Shown here in pieces: positions 37,954 through 52,058 of a stretch of 64,000 bases of DNA. Under the pieces are notes generated by a model. The model was given only the letters and a program-made list of their open reading frames with translations. It was not told where the DNA came from and searched no databases. The translations under genes and the position numbers were made by a program. The stretch is from positions 27,032,001 through 27,096,000 of the forward strand of contig OZ024758.1 of the NCBI GenBank assembly GCA_964016885.1. Reading direction: 5' to 3'. Within the stretch, counting starts at the first letter, position 1. Each line of letters starts with the position of its first letter. Source of the DNA: Eledone cirrhosa. Lineage: Eukaryota.

Positions 37954-38982
37954 GATTGATGAACTGCATAAGAAAGCAGGAAGAATGACTAATAATGGAT
38001 AACAGTTTCTACTATTGGCACAAGGCCAGCAAATACCCAGTACATTACTGGTACTTTATTTTATCGACCCCGTAAGGATGAAAGGCAAAGTTAACCTCGG
38101 CGGGATTTGAACTCAGAATGGCAAGGGCAGTAACTCTATGCGTCAAAGCATGGATACACGGAAGAAATCCTTAAGTTGAGGACGAAGATCAAATCATTCT
38201 CTGTCAGTACCTGATTGTGGTGGCTACACCTCCATTTTGTTTGGTGTAAAGACTTCAACGATGAAAATAATTATAAAGAGGGAAGTGTGTACTTTGATGT
38301 GAACCGCAGAACACAGACATTTACCTGTGGCGTTAATCAATGTTGTTTAGCGTCACATGAGGTCGACACCGTCGGAAGGTACCAGGTACCGAAAACGTGA
38401 TTTCTAGTAGACAGCTGATGAATAATATCTCCAACAGCTCAAGTTTTATTTACTGTTTTCACACGTGCACACGCATACACGCACGCGCACACACACACAC
38501 ACACGCACATATACACACACGCATACACAAACACACACACACACACGCATACACACACACAAACACACACACACACACAGACAGTCACTTACAGTCATTC
38601 ACACAGACAAACAGAAGCAGGCACAAACACACACACACACAGTCACATACATACAGATACATAGACACACACATACAAACACAGACACTTACACACACAC
38701 ACATACATACGCGTACATACTCACACACACACACACTGACCCCCCCCACACACAGACCCCCCCCTCAAAAAACATACCACGCACAGACCCCCCCACACAC
38801 AGACAAACACCCCCACACATAGACACCCCCCACATACAGACCCCCACACATAGACACCTCCCCTACACACACATACCCCCCAGACTCAGCTGACAGACTA
38901 AATATATAGAGAGCCTATTTCAGCAACAAGCCACATATTGTCAGGTGAATCTCCATTGACAGGAAACTGGTGAATGTATGTA

Positions 38983-39437
38983 TTACCTGCTACATGTGAT
39001 AGTGTAATGTATTGCCTGCTACATGTGATGGTGTAATGTATTACCTGCTACATGTGATCGTGTAATGTATTACCTGCTACATGTGATGGTGTAATGTATT
39101 ACATGCTACATGTGATGGCGTAATGTATGGCCTACTACATGTGATTGTGTAATGTATTACATGCTACATGTGATGGTGTAATGTATTACCTGCTACATGT
39201 GGTGGTGTAATGTATTACATGCTACATGTGGTGGCGTAGTGCACGGCCTGCTACATGTGATTGTGTAATGTTTTACATGCTACATGTGATGGTGTAATGT
39301 ATTACCTGCTACATGTGGTGGTGTAATGTATTACCTGCTACATGTGATGGCGTAATGTATTACCTGCTACATGTGATGGTGTAATGTATGGCCTGCTACA
39401 TGTGATGGCGTAATGTATGGCCTGCTACATGTGATGG
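38983..39437 (+). repeat. 29-bp minisatellite, about 15 copies
   Basis: Unit GTGTAATGTATTACCTGCTACATGTGATG. Confidence 0.9.
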
Positions 39438-39459
39438 AACATTCTACATTTTATGCCAT

Positions 39460-39628
39460 CAATGTGTGTGTCGGTGTGTGTGTGAGAAAGAGAAAGAGAG
39501 AGTGTATGTGTCGGTGCTTGTGTGTATGTATGTGTGTGTGTGTATGTGTGAGAGAGAGAGAGAGAAAGAGAGAGTGTATGTGTCGGTGCTTGTGTGTATG
39601 TATGTGTGTGTGTATATATGTATGTGTA

Positions 39629-39660
<32 letters not shown>

Positions 39661-39849
39661 TGTGTGTGTCGGTGCTTGTGTGTATGTGTGTGTGTATGTA
39701 TGTGAGGTGTGTGTATATATGAGAGAGAGAGAGAGAGAGTGTGTGTGTCGGTGCTTGTGTGTATGTATGTGTGTGTATGTATGTATGTGTGAGAGAGAAA
39801 GAGAGAGTGTATGTGTCGGTGCTTGTGTGTATGTGTGTGAGTGTATGTA

Positions 39850-39880
<31 letters not shown>

Positions 39881-41140
39881 GTGTGAGAGAGAGAAAGAGA
39901 GAGAGAGAGAGTGTGTGTGTGTCGGTGCTTGTGTGTATGTGTGTGTATAAATGAGAGAGAGAGAGAGAGTGTGTGTGTGTCGGTGCCTGTGTGTATGTGA
40001 GAGAGAGTGTATGTGTCAGTGCCTGTATCTGTGTGTGTGTCTGTGTGTGTGTGTGTGTATGTATGTGTGTGAGAGAGAGAGTGTGTGTATGTGTCAGTGT
40101 CTGTATGTGTGTGTGTGCGTGTATGTGTGTGAGAGAGAGAGAATGAGCGTGTATGCGTCAGTGTCTGTATCTGTGTGTGTATGTGTGTGTATGTGTGTGA
40201 GAGAGAGTGTGTGTGTGTCAGTGTCTGTATGTGTCTGTATGTGTGTGTATGTGTGTGCGTGAGAGAGAGAGAGTGTGTGTGTGTCAGTGTCTGTATGTGT
40301 GTGTGAGAGAGAGAGAGTGTGTATGTGTCAGTGTCTGTATGTGTGTGTGTGTGAGAGAGAGAGAGAGTGTGTGTGTGTCAGTGTCTGTATGTGTGTGTGT
40401 GTGTGAGAGAGAGAGAGTGTGTGTGTGTCAGTGTCTGTATGTGTGTGTGTGTGTGAGAGAGAGAGAGAGTGTGTATGTGTCTGTATGTGTGTGTGTGAGA
40501 GAGAGAGTGTGTATGTGTCAGCGTCTGTATGTGTGTGTGTGAGAGAGAGAGTGTGTGTGTGTGTCAGTGTCTGTGTTCAGGTTTGCTGTTTGTTTATATC
40601 TGGTGACATAGCGGTTCGACAGACAGAAATCAATAAAATATGTGGCAAACTTAAACAAACAGCAACACACACATGCGCACACGCACACACACACACACAT
40701 TTACACATGCATACACACACACACACACATGTACACATGCATACATACACACATGTACACATGCATACACACACACACACATACATACATACACACACAC
40801 ATGTACACATGCATACACACACACACATGTACACATGCATACACACACACACACACATGCATACATACATACATGTAGACACACACACACATACATACAT
40901 ACACACACACACACACATGTACACATGCATACACACACATGTACACATGCATACATACACACAACACACTTGTACACATGCATACACACACACACATGCA
41001 TACACACACACACACACACACACATGTACACATGTATACACACACACACATGTACACATGCACACACACACACACACACACACATGCATACATACATACA
41101 TACATGTACACACACACACATACATGCACACACACACACT
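39460..41140. repeat. Compound (TG)n/(AG)n and (CA)n degenerate repeats
   Basis: Direct reading of the sequence. Confidence 0.9.
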
Positions 41141-41267
41141 AGAACCACTACAATAAACGAAACCAATAAAAGAATAAAATCTACTTAGAAAATAAATGTC
41201 TATACTCCATCTCCAGGTATTGCGTCCTACTTCAGTTAATGTCTGCATGTTGCAAATAATACGGTAC

Positions 41268-41324
<57 letters not shown>

Positions 41325-41494
41325 GAAGGGCGGTGCCCCAGCATGGCCTCAGCCGGATGGCTGGAACCGGTAAAAGTGTATACACACATACGTGCGTACA
41401 TATATATATATATATATAAATATATGTGTGTGTGTGATTATATACATACATATTCATGTATGTGTGTATCTGTGCGTACACACACACACACACT

Positions 41495-41560
<66 letters not shown>

Positions 41561-41580
41561 AGTCTGTGAAGATTTATAGT

Positions 41581-41712
41581 CCTGAAGATTTCATCTGAAT
41601 GAAACAGTACTAGTCCTGTAGAAGCTCCTTCTATAAAATAAAAAAATTTTACTCTGCCATGTATTGAGTACCTTACTTACTGTGGTTATCCCCGACTCAA
41701 CCCGGGACCTAC

Positions 41713-41714
<2 letters not shown>
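41581..41714 (+). mobile_element. Hammerhead element 5'-truncated at the ribozyme core, in (TA)n (family of 8041-8305)
   Basis: C-CTGAAGA-TTTCATCTGAAT-GAAAC-AGTACTAGTCCT-GTA-GAAG...GGGACCTACG(TA)n. Confidence 0.75.
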
Positions 41715-41759
<45 letters not shown>

Positions 41760-41765
41760 TATATG

Positions 41766-41809
<44 letters not shown>

Positions 41810-41875
41810 CATATGTATGTGTTTCCCCTTCCCCAAATTTATGTTCTTGTGCCAAAAAGAAACAATCCTTCTTCT

Positions 41876-41906
41876 TAGTAGTAGTAGCAGCAGTGGTACT
41901 GGATGC

Positions 41907-41946
<40 letters not shown>

Positions 41947-42573
41947 ATAGTAGTAGTAGTAGTAGTAGTAGTGGTAGTGGTTGCAGTAGTAGTAGCAGCA
42001 GTGGTAGTGGTTGTAGTAGTAATAGTAGTAGTAGTAGTAGTAGTGGTTGAAGTAGTAGTAGCAGTAGCAGTAGTAGTAACAGTAGTAGTAACAGCAGCAG
42101 TAGTAGCAGTAGCAGTAACAGTAGTGTAGTAGCAGTAGTAGTAACAGCAGCAGCAGTAGCAGTAGCAGTAGTAGTAGCAGTAGTAGTAACAGCAACAGCA
42201 GTAACAGTAGTAGTAACAGCAGCAGCAGTAGCAGTAGTAGTAACAGCAGCAGTAGTAGTAGCAGCAGTAACAGTAGTGTAGTAGCAGTAGTAGTAACAGC
42301 AGCAGCAGTAGCAGTAACAGTAACAGTAGTGTAGTAGCAGTAGTAGTAACAGCAGCAGCAGTAGCAGCAGCAGTAGCAGTAGTAGTAGTAGCAGTAGTAG
42401 TAACAGTAGCAGCAGTAGCAGTAGCAGTAGTAGTAACAGCAGCAGCAGTAGCAGTAGCAGTAACAGTAGTGTAGTAGCAGTAGTAGTAACAGCAGCAGAG
42501 GTAGCAGTATCAGTAGTAGTAGCAGTAGTAGTAACAGTAGTAGCAGTAGTAGTAACAGCAGCAGCAGTAGCAG
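41876..42573. repeat. (TAG)n/(CAG)n trinucleotide repeat
   Basis: Direct reading of the sequence. Confidence 0.95.
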
Positions 42574-43430
42574 TCATCGATGGCTCTTTTCCCCATCTTA
42601 GACCCGTCACATCTTTCATTCTCACACACCCGAATGTCCTTATGTTTAATGAAGCGAATATCCTTGAAAAATAAGAGACTATTACAGCAGTGTTGCTGTC
42701 CGCTACCACCAGGGTGCGATCGAGTGCAGAGCGGCGATGATTTGTTTGAAAGAAGCGTTACAATGCAACTTACTATACACGCGGAGTAATGCCTGTGATA
42801 AAGGTTTAAAGAGGAGACGAAGAAAGCTCAGCGTAAAGAAGTTGTGAAGGCTAAATGACTGTAAAGAGGAGGAAAGATAATAGAATACCGAGGAAATCGG
42901 AAGGAGCGGGGTGTAAGTACGTAAAGTTTATGCATACACTCGGAAACAAACACTCTGACCTATATTATGGTCAGTGGACCAAGTACAGTCTTTTATATCA
43001 AGATAGATATGTCTCTTCAATTACCATAATATTCCTGATGTTTGCCTTCCTTTGTATTATGATCAAACGTTTCGGATTCCTTTTGTTTTTCTATTAATTC
43101 TGTTCAACTGCTATTTTGAGAGTTGTTCTGAGCCTGTAAACAGTTCTATTACAACGGAAATGTAGTAGAATGAATGAGATTAGTGTGATTAATATTGAAT
43201 TTGAAATGGTAGCATAACTTCCTGGGATAAAAAGAGCCCCGTTGGGCGGTTAAAAAACAAAAACAAAAAAAAAAAACGATTATTTGCACCAAAAATAGGG
43301 TATGTGTACTTTGTAGGTTTCAGAAAGTGCTCAATATTAAAAATCTCTTGGGACTGAAAAGAAAACCATGTCTCTTACCAATGCCCAAAACATTGGGAAC
43401 TTTCAGGAAAATGGTAGGAACCGTCCTCCA

Positions 43431-44002
43431 TGGCAGTATCGGTGGAGGGTTGGATTATGCTTTCCAGCATAGTTACGTCCCTTTACGATCTGAGTTCAAT
43501 TCCCGCCGAGGTTAACTTTGCCTTTCATCCTTCCGGGGTCGATAAAATAAAGTACCAGTAATGAACTGGGTGATTGCTGGCCTTGTGCCTAAAGTAGAAA
43601 CAATTATTATCAAAGGGCGGTGGATTGGCAGTATCGGTAGAGGGTCGGACGCCATGCTTTCCAGCATAGTTACGTCCCTTTACGATCTGAGTTCAAATCC
43701 CGCCGAGGTTGACTTTGCCTTTCATCCTTACGGGGTCGATAAAATAAAGTACCAGTAATGAACTGGGTGATTGCTGGCCTTGTGCCTAAAGTAGAAACAA
43801 TTATTATCAAAGGGCGGTGGATTGGCAGTATCGGTAGAGGGTCGGACGCCATGCTTTCCAGCATAGTTACGTCCCTTTACGATCTGAGTTCAAATCCCGC
43901 CGAGGTTGACTTTGCCTTTCATCCTTACGGGGTCGATAAAATAAAGTACCAGTAATGCACTGAGATAATTGCTGGCCTTGTGCCTAAAGTAGAAACAATT
44001 AT
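43431..44002 (+). mobile_element. Three head-to-tail family-A SINEs, 197-bp period
   Basis: ATGAACTGGGTG at 43561 and 43758; near-identical units. Confidence 0.9.
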
Positions 44003-44158
44003 GTAAAGTTACTAAAGTCCTTTAATTTGGGAATTATCTGTCAAGAATGTGAGTGAAGTATAGTTCCTCTTCCTTGAAATAAGATATTTTATGTTAGTGT
44101 TGATAACATATGTGGAAGTTAGATATTTAACGAGATTTACTGAAAATATGCAGAGGAA

Positions 44159-44352
44159 ATAACTGTTTCTACTTTTGGCACAAGGCCAGCAATTACCCAG
44201 TGTATTACTGGTACTTTATTTTATCGACCTCGTAAGGATGAAAGGCAAAGTTAACCTCGGCGGCGGGATTTGAACTCAGAATGGCAAGGGCCGTAACTCT
44301 ATGCGTCAAAGCATGGCGTCCGACCCTCTAACGATACTGCCAATCCACCGCC
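44159..44352 (-). mobile_element. Family-A SINE
   Basis: Family consensus. Confidence 0.85.
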
Positions 44353-44510
44353 AATTTTTCATGCAAAGGAAATAATGTAGGTTCGAAATTATGGTGAAGA
44401 TCAGAGGCTTATATTATCGGCATTACATTGTGTAGAATTTCCTGATGGATGCATGGATGGACCCGTAACATCTGATGGTATCGTAGAGGCACCATATTGG
44501 CATTCTAGGG

Positions 44511-44691
44511 CAGGATTTCCAAAACTTTTTCAAACGTGGAACCCTTTTTTTTTGTTCAGAAACTTTGGAGGGAACCCCTTAAAGTCTAATACTGTTATAT
44601 GGTCGTAATATAAATATACTTTTTTCATGGAACCTCAGACATTCGTTTGCGGAACACTTGGGATCCGCGGAACCCACTTTGGGAACGACTG
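44511..44691 (+). mobile_element. hAT-type MITE
   Basis: CAG...CTG termini with imperfect TIRs; perfect 8-bp TSD TTCTAGGG. Confidence 0.75.
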
Positions 44692-44958
44692 TTCTAGGGC
44701 ATTTTAAAACCTGGCAGAGCTCAGTCCTCTCCAGGCCTCAATCTAGCAGATTTCGACCAGATAAGGATAAAGAGTGAGAGAATGGAAGTGAGTAAGTGCT
44801 ATAGGAGAAGAATCGATCCCAGTAATAGACTGGTACTTTATGTATCGACCTCGAATGGACGAAATGTAAAGTTTACCATAGATGTGTTGTCTCACCACTC
44901 TCCCTTTCTACCACTAGTATAGTGGCCCGTGCAGCCAACTGGTCTCATGATTCCTCCA

Positions 44959-46085
44959 TCATGTTTGTCCGAATCATTTGACTTTCCTCCACTCATGTTT
45001 GTCCGAATCATTTGACTTTCCTTCACTCATGTTTGTCCGAATCATTTGACTTTCCTCCACTCATGTTTATCCGAATCATTTGACTTTCCTCCACTCATGT
45101 TTGTCCAAATCATTTGACTTTCCTCCACTCATGTTTGTCCGAATCATTTGACTTTCCTCCACTCATGTTTGTCCGAATCATTTGACTTTCCTCCACTCAT
45201 GTTTGTCCGAATCATTTGACTTTCCTTCACTCATGTTTGTCCGAATCATTTGACTTTCCTCCACTCATGTTTATCCGAATCATTTGACTTTCCTCCACTC
45301 ATGTTTGTCCAAATCATTTGACTTTCCTCCACTCATGTTTGTCCGAATCATTTGACTTTCCTCCACTCATGTTTGTCCGAATCATTTGACTTTCCTCCAC
45401 TCATGTTTGTCCGAATCATTTGACTTTCCTCCACTCATGTTTGTCCGAATCATTTGACTTTCCTCCACTCATGTTTGTCCGAATCATTTGACTTTCCTCC
45501 ACTCATGTTTGTCCGAATCATTTGACTTTCCTTCACTCATGTTTGTCCGAATCATATGACTTTCCTCCACTCATGTTTATCCGAATCATTTGACTTTCCT
45601 CCACTCATGTTTGTCCGAATCATTTGACTTTCCTCCACTCATGTTTGTCCAAATCATTTGACTTTCCTCCACTCATGTTTATCCGAATCATTTGACTTTC
45701 CTCCACTCATGTTTGTCCGAATCATTTGACTTTCCTCCACTCATGTTTGTCCAAATCATTTGACTTTCCTCCACTCATGTTTGTCCGAATCATTTGACTT
45801 TCCTCCACTCATGTTTGTCCAAATCATTTGACTTTCCTCCACTCATGTTTGTCCGAATCATTTGACTTTCCTCCACTCATGTTTATCCGAATCATTTGAC
45901 TTTCCTCCACTCATGTTTGTCCGAATCATTTGACTTTCCTCCACTCATGTTTGTCCAAATCATTTGACTTTCCTCCACTCATGTTTGTCCGAATCATTTG
46001 ACTTTCCTCCACTCATGTTTGTCCGAATCATTTGACTTTCCTTCACTCATGTTTGTCCAAATCATTTGACTTTCCTCCACTCATT
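44959..46085 (+). repeat. 34-bp minisatellite, about 33 copies
   Basis: Unit CTCATGTTTGTCCGAATCATTTGACTTTCCTCCA. Confidence 0.95.
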
Positions 46086-46381
46086 CTACTGTGTCTCTGA
46101 TCCCCGTTCCATTACATTAACCCTCTACTCTCAGTCATATATTCTCAGAAAAATAGTTCTTTGGAATTTCTTTCTGTCCATATTTTTCTTGCAGTCGCCA
46201 ACTTGCAGCCATCCTATTAGACCATTGATCACACCAATCACATCGCTATAGAACGGTCTACGAAGGTTATGGAAATAACTCTTTCCTTGGGAGCAATCCA
46301 AGAATTAAAACAATAGTTGAAAACAGATTTGAGATAATTGAAGTGTCGGGTAGATTTTATAATGAGGGCGCGTTATTTAAT

Positions 46382-46580
46382 AAGGCGGCGGTGGATTGGC
46401 AGTATCGGTAGAGGGTCGGACGTCATGCTTTGACGCATAGAGTTACGGGGCCTTTGCCATTCTGAGTTCAAATCCCGCCAAGGTTAACTTTGCCTTTCAT
46501 CCTTACGAGGTCGATAAAATAAAGTACCAGTAATGTACTGGGTAATTGCTGGCCTTGTGCCAAAAGTAGAACCAGTTATT
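46382..46580 (+). mobile_element. Family-A SINE
   Basis: Family consensus; GTTATTTAATAAGGCGGCG occurs at both ends. Confidence 0.85.
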
Positions 46581-46679
46581 TAATAAGGCGGCGAGTTGAC
46601 AGAGTCGTTAAAACGTCGGATTGAGTGCCTCGCAGTATTTGTTCCGACTCTCTGCTCCCTGATTTCGAAGAGTATGGCC

Positions 46680-46875
46680 TAGACCTGTCAACTCTCCCCG
46701 CCCGACGAGGAGAAATACCACCCACTTTAGGGTGGGTGAGAGATGTCTTCTCTTGTGAAAATGGGTATTGCTTTCATTATGTAAAAATCTCCCCATTTTG
46801 CCTCATTTCTCCTCGTTTTGGGGCTCTTTTTTTTCATGGTACTCCCAGTTTGGATTTTTAGAGGTTGGCAGGTCT
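46680..46875 (+). mobile_element. CAGACCTG MITE, intact
   Basis: AGACCTGTCAACTCTCC...GAGGTTGGCAGGTCTG. Confidence 0.75.
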
Positions 46876-47268
46876 GATGACCTATCGATTCTGATTGACA
46901 TTTCATCGAAACTATTGCTTAAAACTATCTCAAATTTATAATTGTAATGAGGTGAAAAGTTCAAGACACGCTAACACCATGTATTTTTAAAGAATATTAT
47001 CAGAACATAAAGTAAATGTGGACATATTTAGTTTTAAAGCTAATCCCCTTCTTTGTGCTTCGTCTTCAATTAATTTATGGAAACGTTTTTATTGCTAAAA
47101 TCTTTAAAGTTTTCATGTGACGGTTGAGAATATAGAGATGAAACTACCGCTCAAGTGTTTTACGACACCGGTTTGTAGTACCGGGAGATATGCATGAGTG
47201 ATTAAAAGGGTTTTATGGCGAAATTATTTTCCTTCAACCACAAACTGATCTCCACTATCTTACCAAAG

Positions 47269-47450
47269 TGGCAGTATCGGTAGAGGGTCGGACGCCATAC
47301 TTTGCAGCATAGATTTACGACCCTTTACGGTCTGAGTTCAAATACTGCCGAGGTTAACTTTGCCTTTCATCCTTACGGGGGTCGATAAAATAAAGTACCA
47401 ATAATACACTGTAATAATTGCTGGCCTTGTGCCAAAAGTTGAAACAATTG
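47269..47450 (+). mobile_element. Family-A SINE
   Basis: Family consensus; TCTTACCAAAG on both flanks (TSD). Confidence 0.85.
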
Positions 47451-48091
47451 TCTTACCAAAGGCCAGTGGTTTGAACTCCTCCGTCAAGAAGCACCTCCCT
47501 GCAGGCTTGGTTGGGACTATACTATTTATTACTCTTTTACTCTTTTACCTGTTCCAACCATCAGGCTGAGACCATGCTGGGGCACCGCCCTTGTTTCTTA
47601 ATTTAAAAAAAAATCATGTTCTATTTTCTTTGAAATTCCTCAGCAAATGATGCCAGGTTTTGTTTTCATTTTCAAATTAAAAGGGAAATTCAAGCTAATC
47701 ATGAATGTTCAGTTTGAAGCTCAATTTGAAAGTCTTTTGTTGTTGTTGTTGTCGTTTTTTTGCTAGTTATAACCGGAAGGTACTCCAAGTAAGTTTGTAA
47801 AATATTTAACAAAAATAAATGCGAAATAAGCTTAAATAGTGGCGTGTTTGAGACAGAAATATCGTATTTCCTGCGCCATTGACTTGTACAGCTTCATGGT
47901 ACACAGTTGTAACTAGGAACTCGGTTTAGATTATTTAAAAGTGCATTAGAAAATTAGAGAATTCAGATTCAGACAAATATTTGTTCAAGCGTGTGCTTGC
48001 TTGTTGGTTTAGCATAGCTTAGCTGTCTGTCTGTCTGTCTGTCTGTCTGAGAAAGATATCTGTCTATCTGTCTGAGAATAAAGAAATTTAT

Positions 48092-48143
<52 letters not shown>

Positions 48144-48565
48144 AGGGATGATAGAAAGGCAGAAAATGACAGTTTACGATTCTAGTAACCATCCAGTTTC
48201 CAGCAAACAAGCTAGTTATCTGTCCTGCTACGATCGTCTGCTATTTGTGTCTGCTCTGGAATTGCTCTGAAACTACTCTAATAAGCGTTGATGACACCAT
48301 TTAAATAGCCGATGGTAATTTTCTTAGACATTTCCTCGAAATGGGTGGCGACTGTATGCATCTCTAAACGATGCACATACAAAGAAAACACCATCGGAAA
48401 AAAAAAAAAAAAAATGTCAGAAGCAGAACAGTACGCTCGAAGTATACCAGCCTTTAACTTAAATATCCAATTTCATGCTATTGCCATAGTTGAGTTATTT
48501 TCCTCAGCCCATCATTTTATTTCATTTTATTTCTAAAACTAAGCTAAATCAATATGATGATCCAA

Positions 48566-48819
48566 TGGTATGGTATGGTATGGTATGGTATGGTATGGGA
48601 TGGTATGGTATGGTATGGTATGGTGTGGTATGGTATGGTGTGGTATGGTATGGTATGGTATGGTATGGTATGGTATGGTATGGTATGGGATGGTATGGTA
48701 TGGTATGGTATGGGATGGGATGGGATGGGATGGTATGGGATGGTATGGTATGGTATGGTATGGTATGGTATGGTATGGGATGGTATGGTATGGGATGGTA
48801 TGGTATGGGATGGTATGGT
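48566..48819 (+). repeat. (TGGTA)n pentanucleotide repeat
   Basis: Direct reading of the sequence. Confidence 0.95.
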
Positions 48820-49024
48820 CCCTAACTCCTGATAGAGTCGTAGAGGCGCTGTTGACATACGGCGTTTCTTGGGCATTTTAAACCTGGCGGAGCCCATCCC
48901 CCTCCAGGCTTAAAAATAAGTAATGTGGGTCGATATTATCGACTAAATCATTGATGGAGGCAACCCAATATGCTCGCAATGACTAGAACCAGTAAAAGAA
49001 TAAAATATGTGTTTATGCTATACA

Positions 49025-49350
49025 TGAAGATTTGAGGCTTAGTGGTTAGGATGTTTGGCTCACGGTTGTAAAGTCTTAAGTTCGATTCTCAGATAATTCG
49101 CATGTTGTCTGCCTTCTTAAGACACTTTATCTCACGTTACGCTTGTCCAATGATAAAAAAAAAAAAAGATGTACATGTAATTCAAAAGGTCAACTGTGTC
49201 ACATATGTAATGCTGAAGTTCTCTGATAATTACGTTAAGGATACACGTGTATGTGGTGGGAAGCTCAACTACTTGCACGTTAATTTCACGAGCAGGCTTT
49301 TTTTTTCATTGATCATACAACTGGAGCACTCATCGTTGTAGCCGACGGAT
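49025..49350 (+). mobile_element. Diverged tRNA-derived SINE with CORE-like middle
   Basis: GGCTTAGTGGTTAG...GTTCGATTC...CCTTCTTAAGACACTTTAT. Confidence 0.55.
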
Positions 49351-50026
49351 ATCTAACTCTATACGTAATAAAGCTATAGTTCAAAGATAAACACCCTTAG
49401 TGTGCCGAGATCATGCCTTAATATTGATTCTTTATCAGCTGACAAAATAAAAAATATATATAAAAAAGAAAGAAAGAAACCCTAATTGGCTCCGGTTTTA
49501 AGATTGTATGGTTGTGATTATCGAAAATATATATTTTCTTCAAAATGTTCTATTTTCTTAAGGAACTCTAACAATCTGTGTTTTTAATTCTGTTATCGTG
49601 TCGTGAGGCTGGAAAAAAAGTGTTTTTTGGAAAAAAAAGTGTTTCACCTTAGAAACATAAGTGTATATGTGTGTATATCTCTATATATGTATGTATAATT
49701 ATGTTTGCGTCAATATGTACGTATGTATATCGGCAACAGTGTAGGTAATTTGTACATATGTGTGTGTGTGTACGAGAGCATGGATGCACATATGTGTGTG
49801 TGTATATATATATATATATACACACACATATATGTATATATAAATATATGCTCATACACACACACACATACATATATATACACATATACATGTATATATA
49901 CAGATATGTTCACACACGGGCGCACACACACATACACACACATATATATATATATTTATATACACACACACACATTTATAAGGTTACATCGGTTTCAGTT
50001 CAACCTCTTGAGATCAGTTTCACGAA

Positions 50027-50069
<43 letters not shown>

Positions 50070-50344
50070 GCAAACAGATAGACCGATAGATGGATAGAGA
50101 TGGAGCGTGGGATAAGGGTGGAGGGCTCAATTGGGATGTCAAAGGTAACCAGCTGGGATGTATTACGGAGTATTACGGAATTATATATGAAATTCTGACT
50201 GGGCGGAGTATTTTTTTTTTTTATTACAAAGGCACTTGTTGGGTGTTACCAAAACACAGCTTTCCAAGATAAGATAAACTTGGTTGGTGTGTGTGACATG
50301 TAAAACATGTAAAACAAAAGAATAAACCAGTAGAAACCTCCAGT

Positions 50345-50695
50345 CTTCTTCTTATTCGCCCACTTATTCCTGAGAAGGTCGTGGGAGCAGAGTCCTCAAC
50401 ACTCCCCCCGGCGGGTCCTGTCAGGAGCAACCGTCTCCAACTGATCCGGCTGAATCCCCAAGCGAGACCAGCCAAGCTCATGGATGTTATCCAACCATCT
50501 TGCTCGAGGTCTACCCCTGGGTCTCCTACTTGTTGGTTTTGCCCGTAAAATCTGTCCAGCGATTCTTTCCCGAGACATTCTAACCACATGCCTATAGTAT
50601 CAGAGCTGTGATCTCTCAATTCGGAGAAATCTCGGTTCTAACTGGAGTTAGAACCGAGTGACTCTCTGATTTCCGAGCTACGCACTTTATCGAGA
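50345..50695 (-). pseudogene. 3' fragment of an RTE LINE
   Basis: LLDKVRSSEIRESLG...RIERSQL*YYRHVVRMSRERIAGQILRAKPTSRRPRGRPRARWLDNI; tail AATAAGAAGAAG. Confidence 0.8.
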
Positions 50696-50943
50696 GGAGA
50701 CTCAGGTTAGCTGGACATGCTCACCGACATCCAGAGTTGACATTGCACTCAGTGCTCCTTTGGGAGCCCCTACATGGACACACTAGAAGAGGAAGACCAA
50801 GGTTAACGTATGTTGATGCCCTAAGGACAGACACTGGTCTGTTGGAGACGCAGGACATGGCAGCGATAATGAGGGACAGAGACCGCTGGAGAAAACTCGT
50901 CCATGGATCTCGGGAATTTTACCCGCCTTAGAATAGATAGATA
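50690..50943 (+). pseudogene. 3' fragment of a different RTE LINE
   Basis: RRLRLAGHAHRHPELTLHSVLLWEPLHGHTRRGRPRLTYVDALRTDTG...MRDRDRWR; (ATAG)n tail. Confidence 0.8.
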
Positions 50944-51129
50944 CCTTTTATACACTTCTTAGATTATTTACAATTGTATTTGCTTTATATCCTGGAGAGG
51001 GATGGACTCTACTGGATTGTATTTGCCCAATATACGCTGCATAGTTCAGGGTAACCCATGGCCATTGAGGATCAAGGGGAAAATGAACTGAATGATTTGC
51101 TTTATAGTGTCGCATTATTTCTATACATA

Positions 51130-52058
51130 AAGGGCGGTAGATTGGCAGTGTCGGTAGAGCATCGGACAACATACTTTGTGGTATAATTACACCCATTTAC
51201 GTTGTGAATTCTAATCCCACCGAGGTTAGCTTTGCCTTTTATCCTTACGGGGTCAATAATATAGAGTACCAGTTACGCACTGGGGTCGACTTTCTCTTCC
51301 TCTGAAATTCTTGGCCATGTGCGGAAATCAGAAATCATTATTTCGGACGCCATGCTTTCCAGCATAGATACGTCCCTTTACGATCTGAGTTCAAATCCCG
51401 CCGAGGTTAACTTTGCCTTTCATCCTTACGGGGGTCGATAAAATAAAGTACCAGTAATGTACTGGGTAATTGCTGTGCCAAAAGTAGAAACGATTATTTC
51501 TATACATATCTTATGTGTATTTCAACACGGTGCAACAAATCTAACGTGTAATTCCGATATTTGTAGAGCTGCGATATATATCCCTGGCTTATCGCCACCA
51601 TTGCTTTTATTTCTTGAGGTTGTTGAGGTGGTTTATTTCTTGAGGTTGTTGCTTAGCCTGAGTCAATCTTGATCAAGCAGATCAAAGTTGATCCAGTTCT
51701 GACTCATCTTTTCATTTACAGTTTATCTATGACATATCGTCTATGATATCCAGTTGTGTCATGAAATCAGGGGGGAATAAGTTCAGACAGGCTATACACA
51801 TTAAATGTTGTAAGCAATTGGTCGGTAGTTCTTCGCCATGTGAGCAGCATTATTTCTTGGTATAAGGGCGGTGGATTGGCAGTATCAGTAGAGAGTCGGA
51901 CGCCATGCTTTCCAGCATAGTTACGTCTCTTTACGATCTGAGTTCAAATCCCGCCGAGGTTGACTTTGCCTTTCATCCTTACGGGGTCGATAAAATAAAA
52001 GTACCAGTAATGCACTGGATAATTGCTGGCCTTGTGCCTAAAGTAGAAACAATTATTT
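51130..52058 (+). mobile_element. Family-A SINE copies (51130-51340, 51343-51500, 51865-52058)
   Basis: Family consensus. Confidence 0.8.

Noticed and set aside
38215-38400. 61-aa ORF in unique sequence
   Set aside because: No motif or convincing splice structure; it would need RNA-seq.
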